From positions 186,001 to 250,000 of the forward strand of contig NW_013657652.1 in NCBI RefSeq assembly GCF_000142905.1: DNA of 64,000 nt, read 5' to 3'. Both the position numbers and the translations under genes were made by a program. The notes under the pieces were generated by a model that was given only the letters and a program-made list of their open reading frames with translations, was not told the origin of the DNA and made no database searches. Positions 53,321 to 64,000 of this stretch are shown here, piece by piece. Numbering within the stretch: the stretch's first letter is position 1; each line of letters starts with the position of its first letter. Source of the stretch: Thecamonas trahens ATCC 50062 (taxonomy: Eukaryota; Protista; Apusomonadida).

Positions 53321-56300
53321 ATGTCGTCGTCGCTCGGTACGGACCTCCCAGTAGCAGCCACAAACACAGGCCTGCAAGCACAACCTTACCTGATGGTTGG
53401 GCCCAACGGCATGAAAGAGTGGGAAGAAGAAGAGACCAACACCTCTGGTTCGACCATGCCCCCCCCCCCCCCCCCCCCCCCTCCCCCCTGTCCCCCCTCC
53501 TCCATTCGTCACCGGTCAGGGGTAGATTCTTCTGGCGCCAGACTCACTCCTGCCCGCCAACCCCCTCCCCCCCCCTACACCCACCCAACCCGACCCAGAC
53601 GAGGAATACGAGGCCATGCAGGCCATTGCCAAGGAACGTAACCCCATGGCTCATGCGGCTCGTTCTGCACACTCGGGCGGCGCGACAGGAGGCTTCCTTG
53701 CTGGGCTCAGGGCTCGCATGGAGGCAGCAGAAGCCAGCGGAGGCGGCCCGGTGCCCGAGGATGAGGACGGCGGCGAGCTGTCGCAGCAAGAGCCAGCCTC
53801 GTTTGCGCTGCACTTTGAGGCGTCGATGGAGGCGGCACAGGCGCGCGAGATGTCGCAGGCTCTTGCCGACGACTTGGCTGGCGTGTCGGTCTCGGATGAT
53901 GATGACGAGTTTGACGAGGCCATGGCGGCGTACGAGGCCTCGCTGATGGAGGCCGAGCCGGTGGCCACCCGCCCGTCGTTTTCCCGTCAGCCGAGCCTCA
54001 GGCCGGCGCCTATTGTGCTCCCCTATGCCATTGAGAAGCCCGGTGGGTATGGCACAGAAACTCTGGAGATCACGGTGCCTGGCACGCTTGAGCAGTTGTA
54101 CGTGGTCGGCAGCGGTTGCACGCTCGATGGGAGCAGCGGCGGTAAGAGCGCGGCAAAGCTCTCGGCGGTGCAGGAGGCGCGGGCGATGGCGCCGTCGGGC
54201 TCGCTGCTTGACGCGCCGATCTCGGAGCTGAAGCTCAACTTGGAGAGCCGGGCCGCGGCACGGCTGGCAGCCGAGCTGGAGGAGCTCGAGGCCGAGGCGC
54301 AGGCACTGCGGGAAGGGCGACGCGGCCGGCCGGCAGCGAGGTGGAAGAAAGGCCGTGGCGCGGCGCCGGAGAGCGCGCTTTGGGTTGATCACTACGCGCC
54401 GACCAAGTTTCGCGACTTGCTCTCGGACGACCGCATCAACCGACGAGTCCTTCACTGGATCAAGGAGTGGGACCCGCTGGTCTTCAAGCGGCATGCTCCC
54501 AAGGCGCCGACGTTCAACGACTGGGGCCGCAAGCTCGACAAGGGCAAGGCTGCTGGCTTTAAGGCGTTTTCGGATCGCAGCAAGTCTGAGGGCCGCGGCG
54601 GGAGTAAGGAGCGTGGCAGCGGCAGCGGCGGCGGGTCGGAGCCACCCGGCCGCGGCGAGACGCTGCTTGCGACGCGGCCGTACCACAAGGTGCTGCTACT
54701 TGCGGGACCGCCGGGTCTGGGCAAGACGTCAATGGCGCACGTGCTTGCCAAGATGGCCGGCTACAATGTGGTGGAGATCAACGCGTCGGACGACCGGACG
54801 GCCGCAGCGCTCAAGCTCCGGATTTACAACGCAATGGAGATGCAGTCGATGTTTGGCCCGGCCAAGCCGAACCTGATTGTGGTCGACGAGATCGACGGTT
54901 CGATGGCCGGTGAGGCCGGGGCCATCGGCGCGCTGGTTGACATTGCAACGTCTAGCAAGCGGCCGCAGACCCGGCCGATCATCGCGATTTGCAACAACCA
55001 GTATGTGCCGGCGATGTACCCTTTGCGCAAGATTGCGCAGACGTTCACCTTCCGCAAGCCGCCCAAGGCCAAGCTGACTCGGCGGCTGGGCGAGATCTGT
55101 GAGGCCGAGGGCCTGGTGGCCGACGCGCCGACGCTGACGCTGCTGGTCAACGCAACCGAGGCGGACATTCGGGCGTGCGTCAACGCGCTACAGTTTGTGG
55201 CGACAAACACGCAGCTGGTGACGCCTGGTGCACTCGAGGAGGCTCTTGCAGGCACCAAGGACATCGACCGGTCGCTCTTTGACGTGTGGACCGCCCTTTT
55301 TACTCTTCCTACCAAGAAGACCGAGATCGCGGCGCTGCTGGCCAAGCGGCTCAACCGCGATGCCGACGCGATGGTCACTTCGAGGCGTGTGCTGGATCCG
55401 GGGATGGCGGCGGCAGCGGCACTTCGCGACGCGTCGAGTAAGTCGCGGGTGGGCAAAGTGGTGGCGCTGGTGAATTCTGTCAGCGGCGAGATGGGCAAGC
55501 TCATCGACGGGCTCCACGAGAACTTTCTGGACGTGCCGTTCAACGACCCCAACCTCGACAAGACGCTCGCGGTGCTCAACCGGTTTGGCGCTTACGACCA
55601 GCTGATGGCGCGCGCGATGACCAACGCCTCGTTTGCGCTTGTCCGCTACGTGCCGTACGTGCCTGCCTACGTGCACATGGTGTGCGCCGCCGGTACGGCG
55701 CCGCATCTGACGTTTCCCTATATGGCGCGGACGGCGGCGCGGGTCTCGCGTGAGGTCGCGGCCTCGCTCGACACCATGTACCGCGGCCTCTCGCCGGCGC
55801 TCATGCCGTACTACCCGCCGCATGTTCTCATGCAGGACGTGCTCTCAGCCCTGCTGGACATCCTCGCGCCGCGGATCCGGCCGGCGGGCACGCTCTCGTC
55901 CATGGCCTCGGGCGACCGGGCCCTGCTCGACAAGGTGGCCGCCGCCTGTCTGAACTACGGGCTCAAGCTCGAGCATGTCGAGCGGGCGTCGGGCAAGGAA
56001 TACTACAACTTTGTGCCGCCAATCCACACCATGGCGGCCTTTACCTTTGCAAACTACTTTGCCAACCACCGCCCGCTGCTCTTTGGCGTCCAGGCGCTGC
56101 TTGTCGAGGCTATCGCTGAAGTGGCGTCGGCGCGCAAGGCGGCAGCGCAGCGTGCGGCAGCGCCGTTCCTAGCCTCGCAGTCGTCGTCGCAGGCGCTGGG
56201 AACACCGGCCAAGTCGGGAGTGGCGGACGTGGCAGGAATGGACGTGGCAGTGCCGACGCCGTCGCCGATCCGGCGCACGGTCGCCCGCGACTTTTTCGGC

Positions 56301-56495
56301 CGCGAGCTGCCGTCGTCACCAATCACACCGCTCGGCGGCGAGCCGGGTGACTCGGCTTCGGGCTCGGGCACCAAGCGGTCGCGGACCGGCAAGCCCAAGC
56401 GCAAACCGACGTCTGCCATGTTCTACCGGTTCCAGGAAGGCACGACCAACGCGGTCCGGCGGACGTTCACCATCAGCGAGCTGCTGACACACTAA
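53321..56495 (+). CDS. CTF18: RFC-like clamp-loader ATPase CTF18; probable intron 53448..53598
   Basis: LWVDHYAPTKFRDLL, GPPGLGKTS, EINASDDR, DEIDG, RPIIAICN, C-terminal FQEGTTNAVRR; phase-1 intron joins TNTS to DEEYEAMQ. Confidence 0.93.
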
Positions 56496-56497
56496 AG

Positions 56498-58077
56498 CTA
56501 AAAGTCGTACGTCGGCCGCTCCGGCACAAGATAGACTGCGGCGCCCTTGTAGGCGAGGCTCACCACGCCGTGATACGCGGTGCGGGGAACAGAAGCCTTC
56601 CAGTCGTCGGTAATGCCAAAGTGGGCGGCAATCGGCCGGTAGCTGGACTCGGCAGCCGGATAGGTGAGCTTGTAGGCGGTGCCCGGGAGGCGGCCGTCGG
56701 CGCCGGCCTTGGCGTCGAGCGCCTTAAAGTCTGGAAGCGAGAGCGGGGTGGCAGCAGCGAGCTTGGCGTCCAACGCGCCGTCGTACTCGTCCTTCAGAAG
56801 GTAGGAGAGGTCCTCAGCGCGCCAGTCGACGGGCTTGTCGTTGAGCTTGATGTGCGCGAGATGGTTCGAGTAGAACTGGCCGACCGAGGTGCCCTTCTCG
56901 CCAAAGGTCTTCGTGCGCGAGACTTGGGGCCGGATGCATGAGCGCTTCTTTCGCTGGGCCGGCTCGCGGAGCCAGTCGTCCCAGTAGCCCTTGGCCCAAT
57001 TTGCGCGGCCGAGCTCGGCCCAGAGCTCGCGGGTGAGCATCCAGCCGAGGCCCGGAAACATGTCTGTCCGCTCGACGGCACGCGGATCGGCCACCACGTT
57101 TGGCTTGCCATTGTCGTTGTACGCCGAGACGCAGTAGAGGGAAGGGTCGGCGCGGAGGACCGGCAGAGCGGCGGCCATGTACTCGAAAAAGTCGGGCGCG
57201 ACCTCGAGGTCCTCCTCGATGAGCACAACCTGTGTGTAGCCGTAGACGTCAAACAGCTGCGTCAGTGCAAACTGAAAGTGCTGCGCAATAAAGTAGTACT
57301 TGATGTTCTCGCCGGGCTTAGACCGTGGGCGGTCCGGGTTGTCGTTGGTGAGGAGCGTGAAGCGGCCGTACGAGGCAACGAGATCCTCGACGGCCGATGC
57401 TCGCGGCGAGTCTCGGCAGTCCTGCGAGACAAAGAGCGGAAATATGACGGCGTCGTTTGTGTCGGACGGCGGGACAATGTCAACCACTTTGTCCAACGTC
57501 CGCTTGAGGTACTCGGTCCGATCGCAGGCCATGACCACCAGCGGGATGGTGGTTCCACCACCAGCAGAGGCTCCTCGTCCCGGCGGCGCCGGCCGCGATG
57601 CCGCCACTGACGGCGCCGCTTTAGCCAGAGCGGTGACCCGGAGGTCCAGAGCGGCAAGCACCGCAAGCTCCGAGTCGAGCTTGGCCTCGAGCGTGGCTGA
57701 GCGAGTGCGATACGCCTCGATGCTGGCTTCCAGCTCGGCCATGTGCAGCAGGTGGCCAGCCTCGCGCGAGAGCGCCCAGTTGGCGCCGGCAAGGACAACA
57801 GCAAGGGCCACGAGAGCCACCACGACTGCCGCCCGCGGAACACGCCCAACCAGCGGTAAGTCGCACTGTTGCGTCGCTCCGTGTGTTCTTCTCCCGAGCA
57901 TGAGGGCAGGGTGGAGTGACGAGGGGGGGGGTGCGGGGGTGGGGTGACAGGGTGTGGGTCGGGCAGTGTGGTGAGCGAGTGGCCGCAGCGACAGACCGGC
58001 CGAGTCGGCCTTTGACCGGCCACAGTCTCCTCGCCATTCGGCACGGTACGCACGTCTCTTATTCTCGCCGAGAACAT
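56498..58077 (-). CDS. MGAT1: N-acetylglucosaminyltransferase I (GT13); start at 57901, or at 58077 via intron 57866..58053
   Basis: Type II TM anchor; VVMACDR, FVSQDC, IEEDLEVAPDFFEY, CVSAYNDNG, FPGLGWML, WDDWLREP. Family call is firm, the 5' exon is not. Confidence 0.9.
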
Positions 58078-59199
58078 GGCAGCGGGCAAGGTATGTGAAG
58101 GCAGAGAGCAGGTGGGGGTGGTGAGAGGGGTAGGGGGAGGAAGGTGACGTGGTGTGGGGCGGTATGGGGGGATGGTGGGAGTCTATGTGCCGACCAAGAG
58201 GCCATGTCACGTTGTAGGTGGTGCCGTGGTGTCCACAGTTCCGTCGCCCCGTTCCGTCGCTGTGTTCCAAGGGCGGCCCAAAAAAGCCGTACCAAAAGGC
58301 GACGACGAGCCTTGGGGCGAGGGAAGAGGAGGTGTGGCGGAGACACGGGCAGGCACATAGATGGTGGATTGTTTTGCAAGGGCTGTGGCCATGTGTGTGG
58401 TTGTTTGTGTGTGAGAGGGAGGGGAGAGGGGGGGGGGGAGGGAGGGGGGGGGGGGTTCAAGGCGGCGCTGGTGGCGGTTGCCGAATTGGACGAACGGGCG
58501 CAGAGGGGAAGGGGGTGGAGGGAGGGGCGGGGGACGAGCTAAGCGAGTGAGGCGAACGGAGGGCTGGGTGGGCGAGTGGACTCACGGTAAGAGGGCAATT
58601 ATCGGGCTTGGGGAGCACAGGTGTTCCAGTTCAAGTTGGTGCTACTGGGCGAGGCTGCGGTGGGCAAGTCATCGCTCGTGCTGCGTTTTGTCAAGGGCCA
58701 GTTTCAAGAGTTCCAGGAGTCGACGATCGGCGCGGCGTTCCTGACGCAGTCTGTCTGCCTTGACGATGTGACGGTCAAGTTTGAGATTTGGGACACGGCC
58801 GGTCAGGAGCGGTACAACTCGCTGGCGCCGATGTACTACCGCGGGGCGCAGGCGGCCATTGTGGTGTATGACATCACCAACGCAGACACGCTGGCGCGGG
58901 CCAAGGCCTGGGTCAAGGAGCTCCAGCGACAGGCCTCGCCCAACATTGTCATTGCGCTGGCGGGTAACAAGTGTGATCTGGCCTCGAAGCGCGCCGTCGA
59001 CGACGAGGAGGCAGCGCAGTATGCGGAGGACAACGGCCTGCTGTTCCTGGAAACGTCGGCCAAGGGTGCCATCAACGTCAACGAGATCTTTATCGCCATT
59101 GCCAAAAAGCTGCCCAAGAACACCGTCGAGACCCGACCAGCCAAGCCGGTTGTCCAGATCGATGAGCCGTCGTCGTCCAAGAAGAAGGGCTGCTGCTGA
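58076..59199 (+). CDS. RAB5: Rab5 small GTPase; exons 58076..58090, 58621..59199
   Basis: MAAGK|[50 protein letters not shown], terminal CC; AAG|GTATGT donor, phase 0. Confidence 0.93.
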
Positions 59200-59488
59200 T
59201 GCTGCCCGACATGTACTCCCTCACCCTCGCCCCCTACCATCCCCCCCCCCCCCCCCTCCCCACCCCCTCCTCTCTCGTTCTGCGGCCGCTCTTCCTGCTG
59301 CGCCACGCCGATCTGCGCCCCATTGACCTCCTCCCAATACACGCCTCCTGTGAGTAGGTTTGCCAACAGCCAAGACGGTTGCTTGCCCTTCCCCCCATGC
59401 AGTCGCCCGGGGTTTGTGACTTTGTCACCAGGTCTTGCGGCCAAGTCGAGGCTGAGGCCGCGACAACGCCAACCACCTCACGCTCGCC

Positions 59489-60203
59489 ATGCCTCGTCGC
59501 AAGAAGAAGACCAAGGACCTGTTCGAGGACGCCGAGGGCGGCGACCTCTCGTTCCAGCCGAATCCTGAGGTTGCGGCCAAGTACGAGGCCAAGAAGCGGC
59601 ATGAGGAGCTCTCGCGGCGTACGTGGTGGGTGAGGAGGGTGATGGATGGGGGGGTGCGGTGATGGATGGGAGGGGGAGGTGAGACGGTGGGCGGAAAGGG
59701 TGACGAGGACTCACCCCCCCTATGGCGGCATGGTTTACGGCATACGGCGTTACTTTATGGTTGTGGGCTGGTATCGGGTTCGGGAACGCGGTTTGGGGAC
59801 AGTGCGCGACCTGTATGGCGACGCCGAGTCGTCGTCGTACGAGTACTCGGAGGACTCGGACGGGTCGCAGGTTAACGAGGTGGTGCTGGAGAAGATCGGA
59901 AATGTGCTGCAGGCGATCCGCAACAAGGACCCGGCGATTTACAACTCGGAGGTCAAGTTCTTTGATGGTACAGAGACCGAGGCCAGGGCCAAAGCCGAGG
60001 CCGAGGCCAAGAAGAAGAGCAAGAAGATGACGCTGGCGGACGTGGAGCGGGCCAAGCTGATGAAGCGAATGGAGAACCCGAACGCGTCGTCATCATCGTA
60101 CTCGGATTCAGACGACGAGGGCGCGTCGGCCAAGGGCGAGACGCATGTGGAAGAGCAGGCGCGACTGCGCAAGGCGTTCATCCAGGCCGCGTCGGGCTCG
60201 GGT

Positions 60204-60239
<36 letters not shown>

Positions 60240-61877
60240 GACATGGGCCTCATGCTCAAGAAGGTGCATCACGCGCCGGAAGAGCTAGAGCCGCTGGCGG
60301 AGACGCATCCGCTGTCACGGTACTTTGACGAGAGCAAGACCAACGACAACGACGCATTCCTGCGCAACTACATTCTCGAGGGTGGGTGGAAGGCGCCTAA
60401 GGTCTCGCTGTCGCAGGCTGTCAACGAGCCCGGGCACTACGAGCCCGAAGATGTGGACGACGATTCCGACCGCGACGCGGTGGAGCTCGCCGAGGCGCAC
60501 GAGCTCATCCATAACTTCCGGCACGAGGAGGGCGACCAGGCGCGTGAGATTGTGACGTACGCGCGTAAGATCGAGGGCTCGCTCCGCAAGTCCGACACGC
60601 GGCGGGCAGAGAAGCGCAAGGCGCGCGAGGAGCGTAAGAAGGCCGCGCTCGAGCAGCGCAAGGCCGAGGTCCGCCGGCTCAAGAAGCTCAAGGAGGAGGA
60701 GATCAAGGCCAAGCTCGCCGAGCTCGAGGCCATGGCCGGGACCAAGGGCTTTGCGGCCGACGACATCGACGACGAGTTTGATCCTGAAGCCCATGAGAAG
60801 CGAATGCAGGCCCTGTTCAACGATGAGTACTACGGCGAGGACGAGGGTACCAAGCCTGACTTTGACGTCCACGACGACGACGAGTGGTTCGACAAGGCCG
60901 GCATCAAGATCGCCAAGTCGGACGACGACGGCTCGGGCTCGGACTCGGGCGACGACAACGGGTCGGGCAAGAAGGGCAAGGCGTCGCGGCGCGAGAAGCG
61001 CAAGGCCAAGCAGGAGGAGCTGCAGGCCAAGGTCAAGGGCAAGTCGCTCGACGACCTGTACGACGAGCTGTTTGGCCTTGACTTTGAAGACGTGGCCGGC
61101 GGCATGCCGGTTCGGTTCAAGTACCGCAAGGTCAAGCCCGAGACGTTTGGCATGACCATCAACGACATTCTCACGCTCTCGGACGCCGAGCTCAACTCGA
61201 TTGTGGGCATCAAGAAGCTCGCGCCGTACCGCGATGACGTCCAGCCGCAGCGGTACAAGCGCAAGTTTTCCAAGTTTATGGCCAAGTACGCGCAAAAGAA
61301 CCCGGACAAGGTCCAGCCGCGGACCGCGGAGGATGATGCCGAGCCCGAGCGCATCCGCGAGGCGTGGAAGACTGTCGACCTGCGCGAGACCAAGGCGCGC
61401 CTCGCCAAACTCGACCGGAAGAAGACCAAGAAGACCGAGGGCACCAAGCGCCGCCAGGCCAAGTCGACTCAGGCCGCCAAGCGCAAGGCCAAGCGCGCAG
61501 CACGCAAGGCCGCCGCTCAGGGCGGCGACGGGCGTGCAGACAACGAGGCCGCCTCTCCGTCAGCTGATGACGGCCAGGACGCGCCGTCTAAGAAGCGCAA
61601 GCGCGATGACGACGACGACGACGACAGCAACGAGCGCGCTGGAAAGAAGGCCAAGTCCAAGGACAAGGCCAAGGCCAAGTCCAAGGACAAGGTCAAGTCC
61701 AAGTCCAAGGACAAGGCCAAGTCCAAGTCTAAGGGCAAGGCCAAGTCCAGCGACAAGGCCGAGTCGAGCGGAAAGAAGCACCGTCAGACCGAGGCCCGGT
61801 TCCTGTACGCGGTCGGCCGCAAGACCGGTGTGCCCAAGGATCGGATGGCGTCGTACCGGATCAAGAAGACCTTCTGA
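59489..61877 (+). CDS. KRI1: Kri1 40S ribosome biogenesis protein; intron 59619..59802
   Basis: HEELSR|LRDLYGD, FLRNYIL, NFRHEE, RFKYRKVKPETFGM..ELNSIVGIKKLAPYR, terminal RMASY. Confidence 0.93.
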
Positions 61878-62020
61878 TGCCTCGCCACTCCTCGCGTCGC
61901 CGTACGGTACAGTGAGTGATCGCCAACTACACTGACCAACTTGCAGCAGAGCAGCCCTTTGCAATACAAAAAGTGGACAGATTTGCGAGTGTTCGCGCCG
62001 TACTGCCGTTTGCTTTACGT

Positions 62021-63822
62021 TTACCGGGAGAACTGGCGGCCCTTGGTGTTCTTCATCTTGAACCGGGAGGCCGTGCTGGTGGACGGGGCAACAGAGCGAT
62101 GGCCGGACGAGCCGTAGGGGTCGTCGGCGGAGAAGCCGAGCTTGCGACGCTTGGCCTCCTGCTTAGCCCATCCCGAGCCAAAGCCGCCACCGCCGCCGCG
62201 GCGCTCGATGCGAGTGCCCTTGGACGACTGAACGTTGAGGTGAACCTTGGGCGGGGTGCGGAAGCCAAAAGAGAGGGCAACCTCGAGGAGGTCGAGCTGG
62301 TGGACGTTAAAGATGTCCTTGAGCGAGTGCGAGGCGTAGGCCTGCAGGTAGGAGCGGTAGCCGTCCCGGGCGGCCTTGTTGAGGTAGTAGTTCTTCTCGA
62401 TGAGGGCCTCGAGCTGCGACTGGATGTTGGCAATCTTGCCCTTGGCCAGCTCAAACTCGTTGAGCGGGACGCGAGCCTGGCGAAGGAAGCGGAGGAAGCC
62501 CAGCTCCTCGGGCAAGAGGAAGAGCAGGGCACGGCCGCGGGCGCCGGCACGGGCGGTACGGCCCACGCGGTGGATGTACTCCTTGGGGTCGTCCGGCGGG
62601 TCGTACTGGACGATCCAGTCGACGTCCGGAATGTCGAGGCCTCGGGCGGCGACGTCTGTGGAGATGAGGATGCCGGCCTTGGCCTCGATAAACTTCATGA
62701 ACGTCGTCGTCCGCTTGTTCTGCTTCTGGCGGCCGTGAAGGTCGAGGCACGGCACATCGACGTAGGTCAGCAGCTCGGCGTAGAACTTGACGGCGTTGCA
62801 AGACGACATAAAGACGATGATCTTCTTCTTGCGGTTCTTCTTGAGGAAGGTGAACAGGAGGCGGAAGCGGTCGGCTGACGGGCACACCACGTAGCCCTGT
62901 TCGAGCCCGGCGGCGGTCGACGCTGCCAGCTCGTCGTGGACACCCACGTACGTCGGCGACTTGAGCGAGAGCCGCGCGAGGTCCTGAATGTTCTTGGTCT
63001 GCGTCGCCGAGAACAGCATCGTCTGCCGCTCCTTGGGCAGCAGGTACAGGATCTGCCTCAGCTCCTCCTCGAAGCCAATGTCGAGCATGCGATCGGCCTC
63101 GTCAAGGACAAGGACCTGCACGTTGCGGTAGATAAAGTCGGTCGTGTTCTGCAAGTGGTCCAGCAGCCGCCCGGGCGTTGCCACAAGCAGGTTCTGGCCC
63201 TTGGCCAGCTTCTCCACCTCGGTCCGCCGGTTGGCGCCTCCGATGATCAGCGCCCGCGACTGTGACTGGAACTGCATCAGCTCCTCGGCCACGTTCATGA
63301 TCTGGATGGCCAGCTCGCGCGTCGGCGTGATCACAATCGCGCCTGTTCCGTTCCGCGGCTTGAACCGGAGCTTGTGCAGCAGCTCAACCGTCGGAATGAG
63401 GAACGCGAGCGTCTTGCCCGATCCCGTCCGCGCCGCGCCGAGCACGTCGTTGCCGTCGAGCAGCAGCGGAATAGTCCGCCACTGCACCTCCATCATGTGC
63501 GTCATCCCCATCTCCGCCAGCGCGTTCTGCGTCGGCTCACTCAAGTCCAGCGAGGTGAACGCCTTGCTCGACGGCTTGCTCTCGCCCGGCAGCGGCTCGT
63601 TCTCGCCGTGTCCCGCAGACGCAGCCGCAGCCTCGGCCTCAGCCTCAGCCTCAGCCTCAGCCTCAACCTCAGTCTCGGTCTCGGTCTCCTTGCCCTTCTT
63701 GGCCTTGCCCTTCTTGGCCTTGCCCTTCTTGGCCTTGCCCTTCTTGGCCTTGCCCTTGGCCCCGCCCTCGACGTACTTGCTCACCTCGTCGTCCGACCCG
63801 TCCGAAGCAGCCATGTCCTCCT
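62021..63822 (-). CDS. HAS1: DEAD-box RNA helicase HAS1/DDX18; probably 5'-partial
   Basis: [51 protein letters not shown]; upstream G-rich sequence with GACTCAT and CAG at 63825-63823 looks like an intron 3' end; alternative ATG 63814. Confidence 0.95.
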
Positions 63823-64000
63823 CTGTCCACACCACACAGCCCCGCCCACCCCTATGAGTCCCACTCGCATGACCTGCCCACCTCCACACGCCTGTCACCT
63901 ACCCCCCATACTCCTCCTGGCCCCTCTACAGCTCCTGTCCGCAATCCATTCCCCCCCCCCTCCCCCCCATCCGGCCGTCCCCATCCCGGTCCCCGCCTAT

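Noticed and set aside
1-64000. tRNA, rRNA, transposase or viral genes; alternative genetic code
   Set aside because: None recognised; conserved genes translate cleanly with the standard code and use TAA, TAG and TGA as stops

Overview
Very compact, GC-rich eukaryotic genomic DNA, not prokaryotic. It holds about 26 protein-coding genes in mostly alternating orientation, a few short GT-AG introns, G/C-rich low-complexity spacers and two assembly gaps. Talin plus ciliary genes, intron scarcity and composition suggest a flagellated amorphean protist, possibly an apusomonad such as Thecamonas (inference). Recognisable genes: BAF60/SMARCD, Diaphanous-type formin, SMIM13-like, CFAP57, Red1/ZFC3H1-type zinc finger, a divergent talin, a PH protein, TTC39/IML2, exportin-5, tafazzin, Lsm6, NPRL2, a SAM methyltransferase, nucleoside hydrolase, USP24/34-like, CTF18, MGAT1, Rab5, Kri1 and HAS1/DDX18. 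Best leads: (1) Rab5 and MGAT1 may start from one shared CATG palindrome; (2) a ~1400-aa Ig/SprB-like surface protein split by a 1-nt frameshift; (3) a talin apparently lacking its dimerisation helix; (4) abutting or overlapping convergent stop codons; (5) an ACTCAC branch-point consensus; (6) an uncharacterised repeat protein head-to-head with CFAP57. No rRNA, tRNA, CRISPR array or recognisable transposon was seen. All family calls are from remembered motifs; no database search was run.
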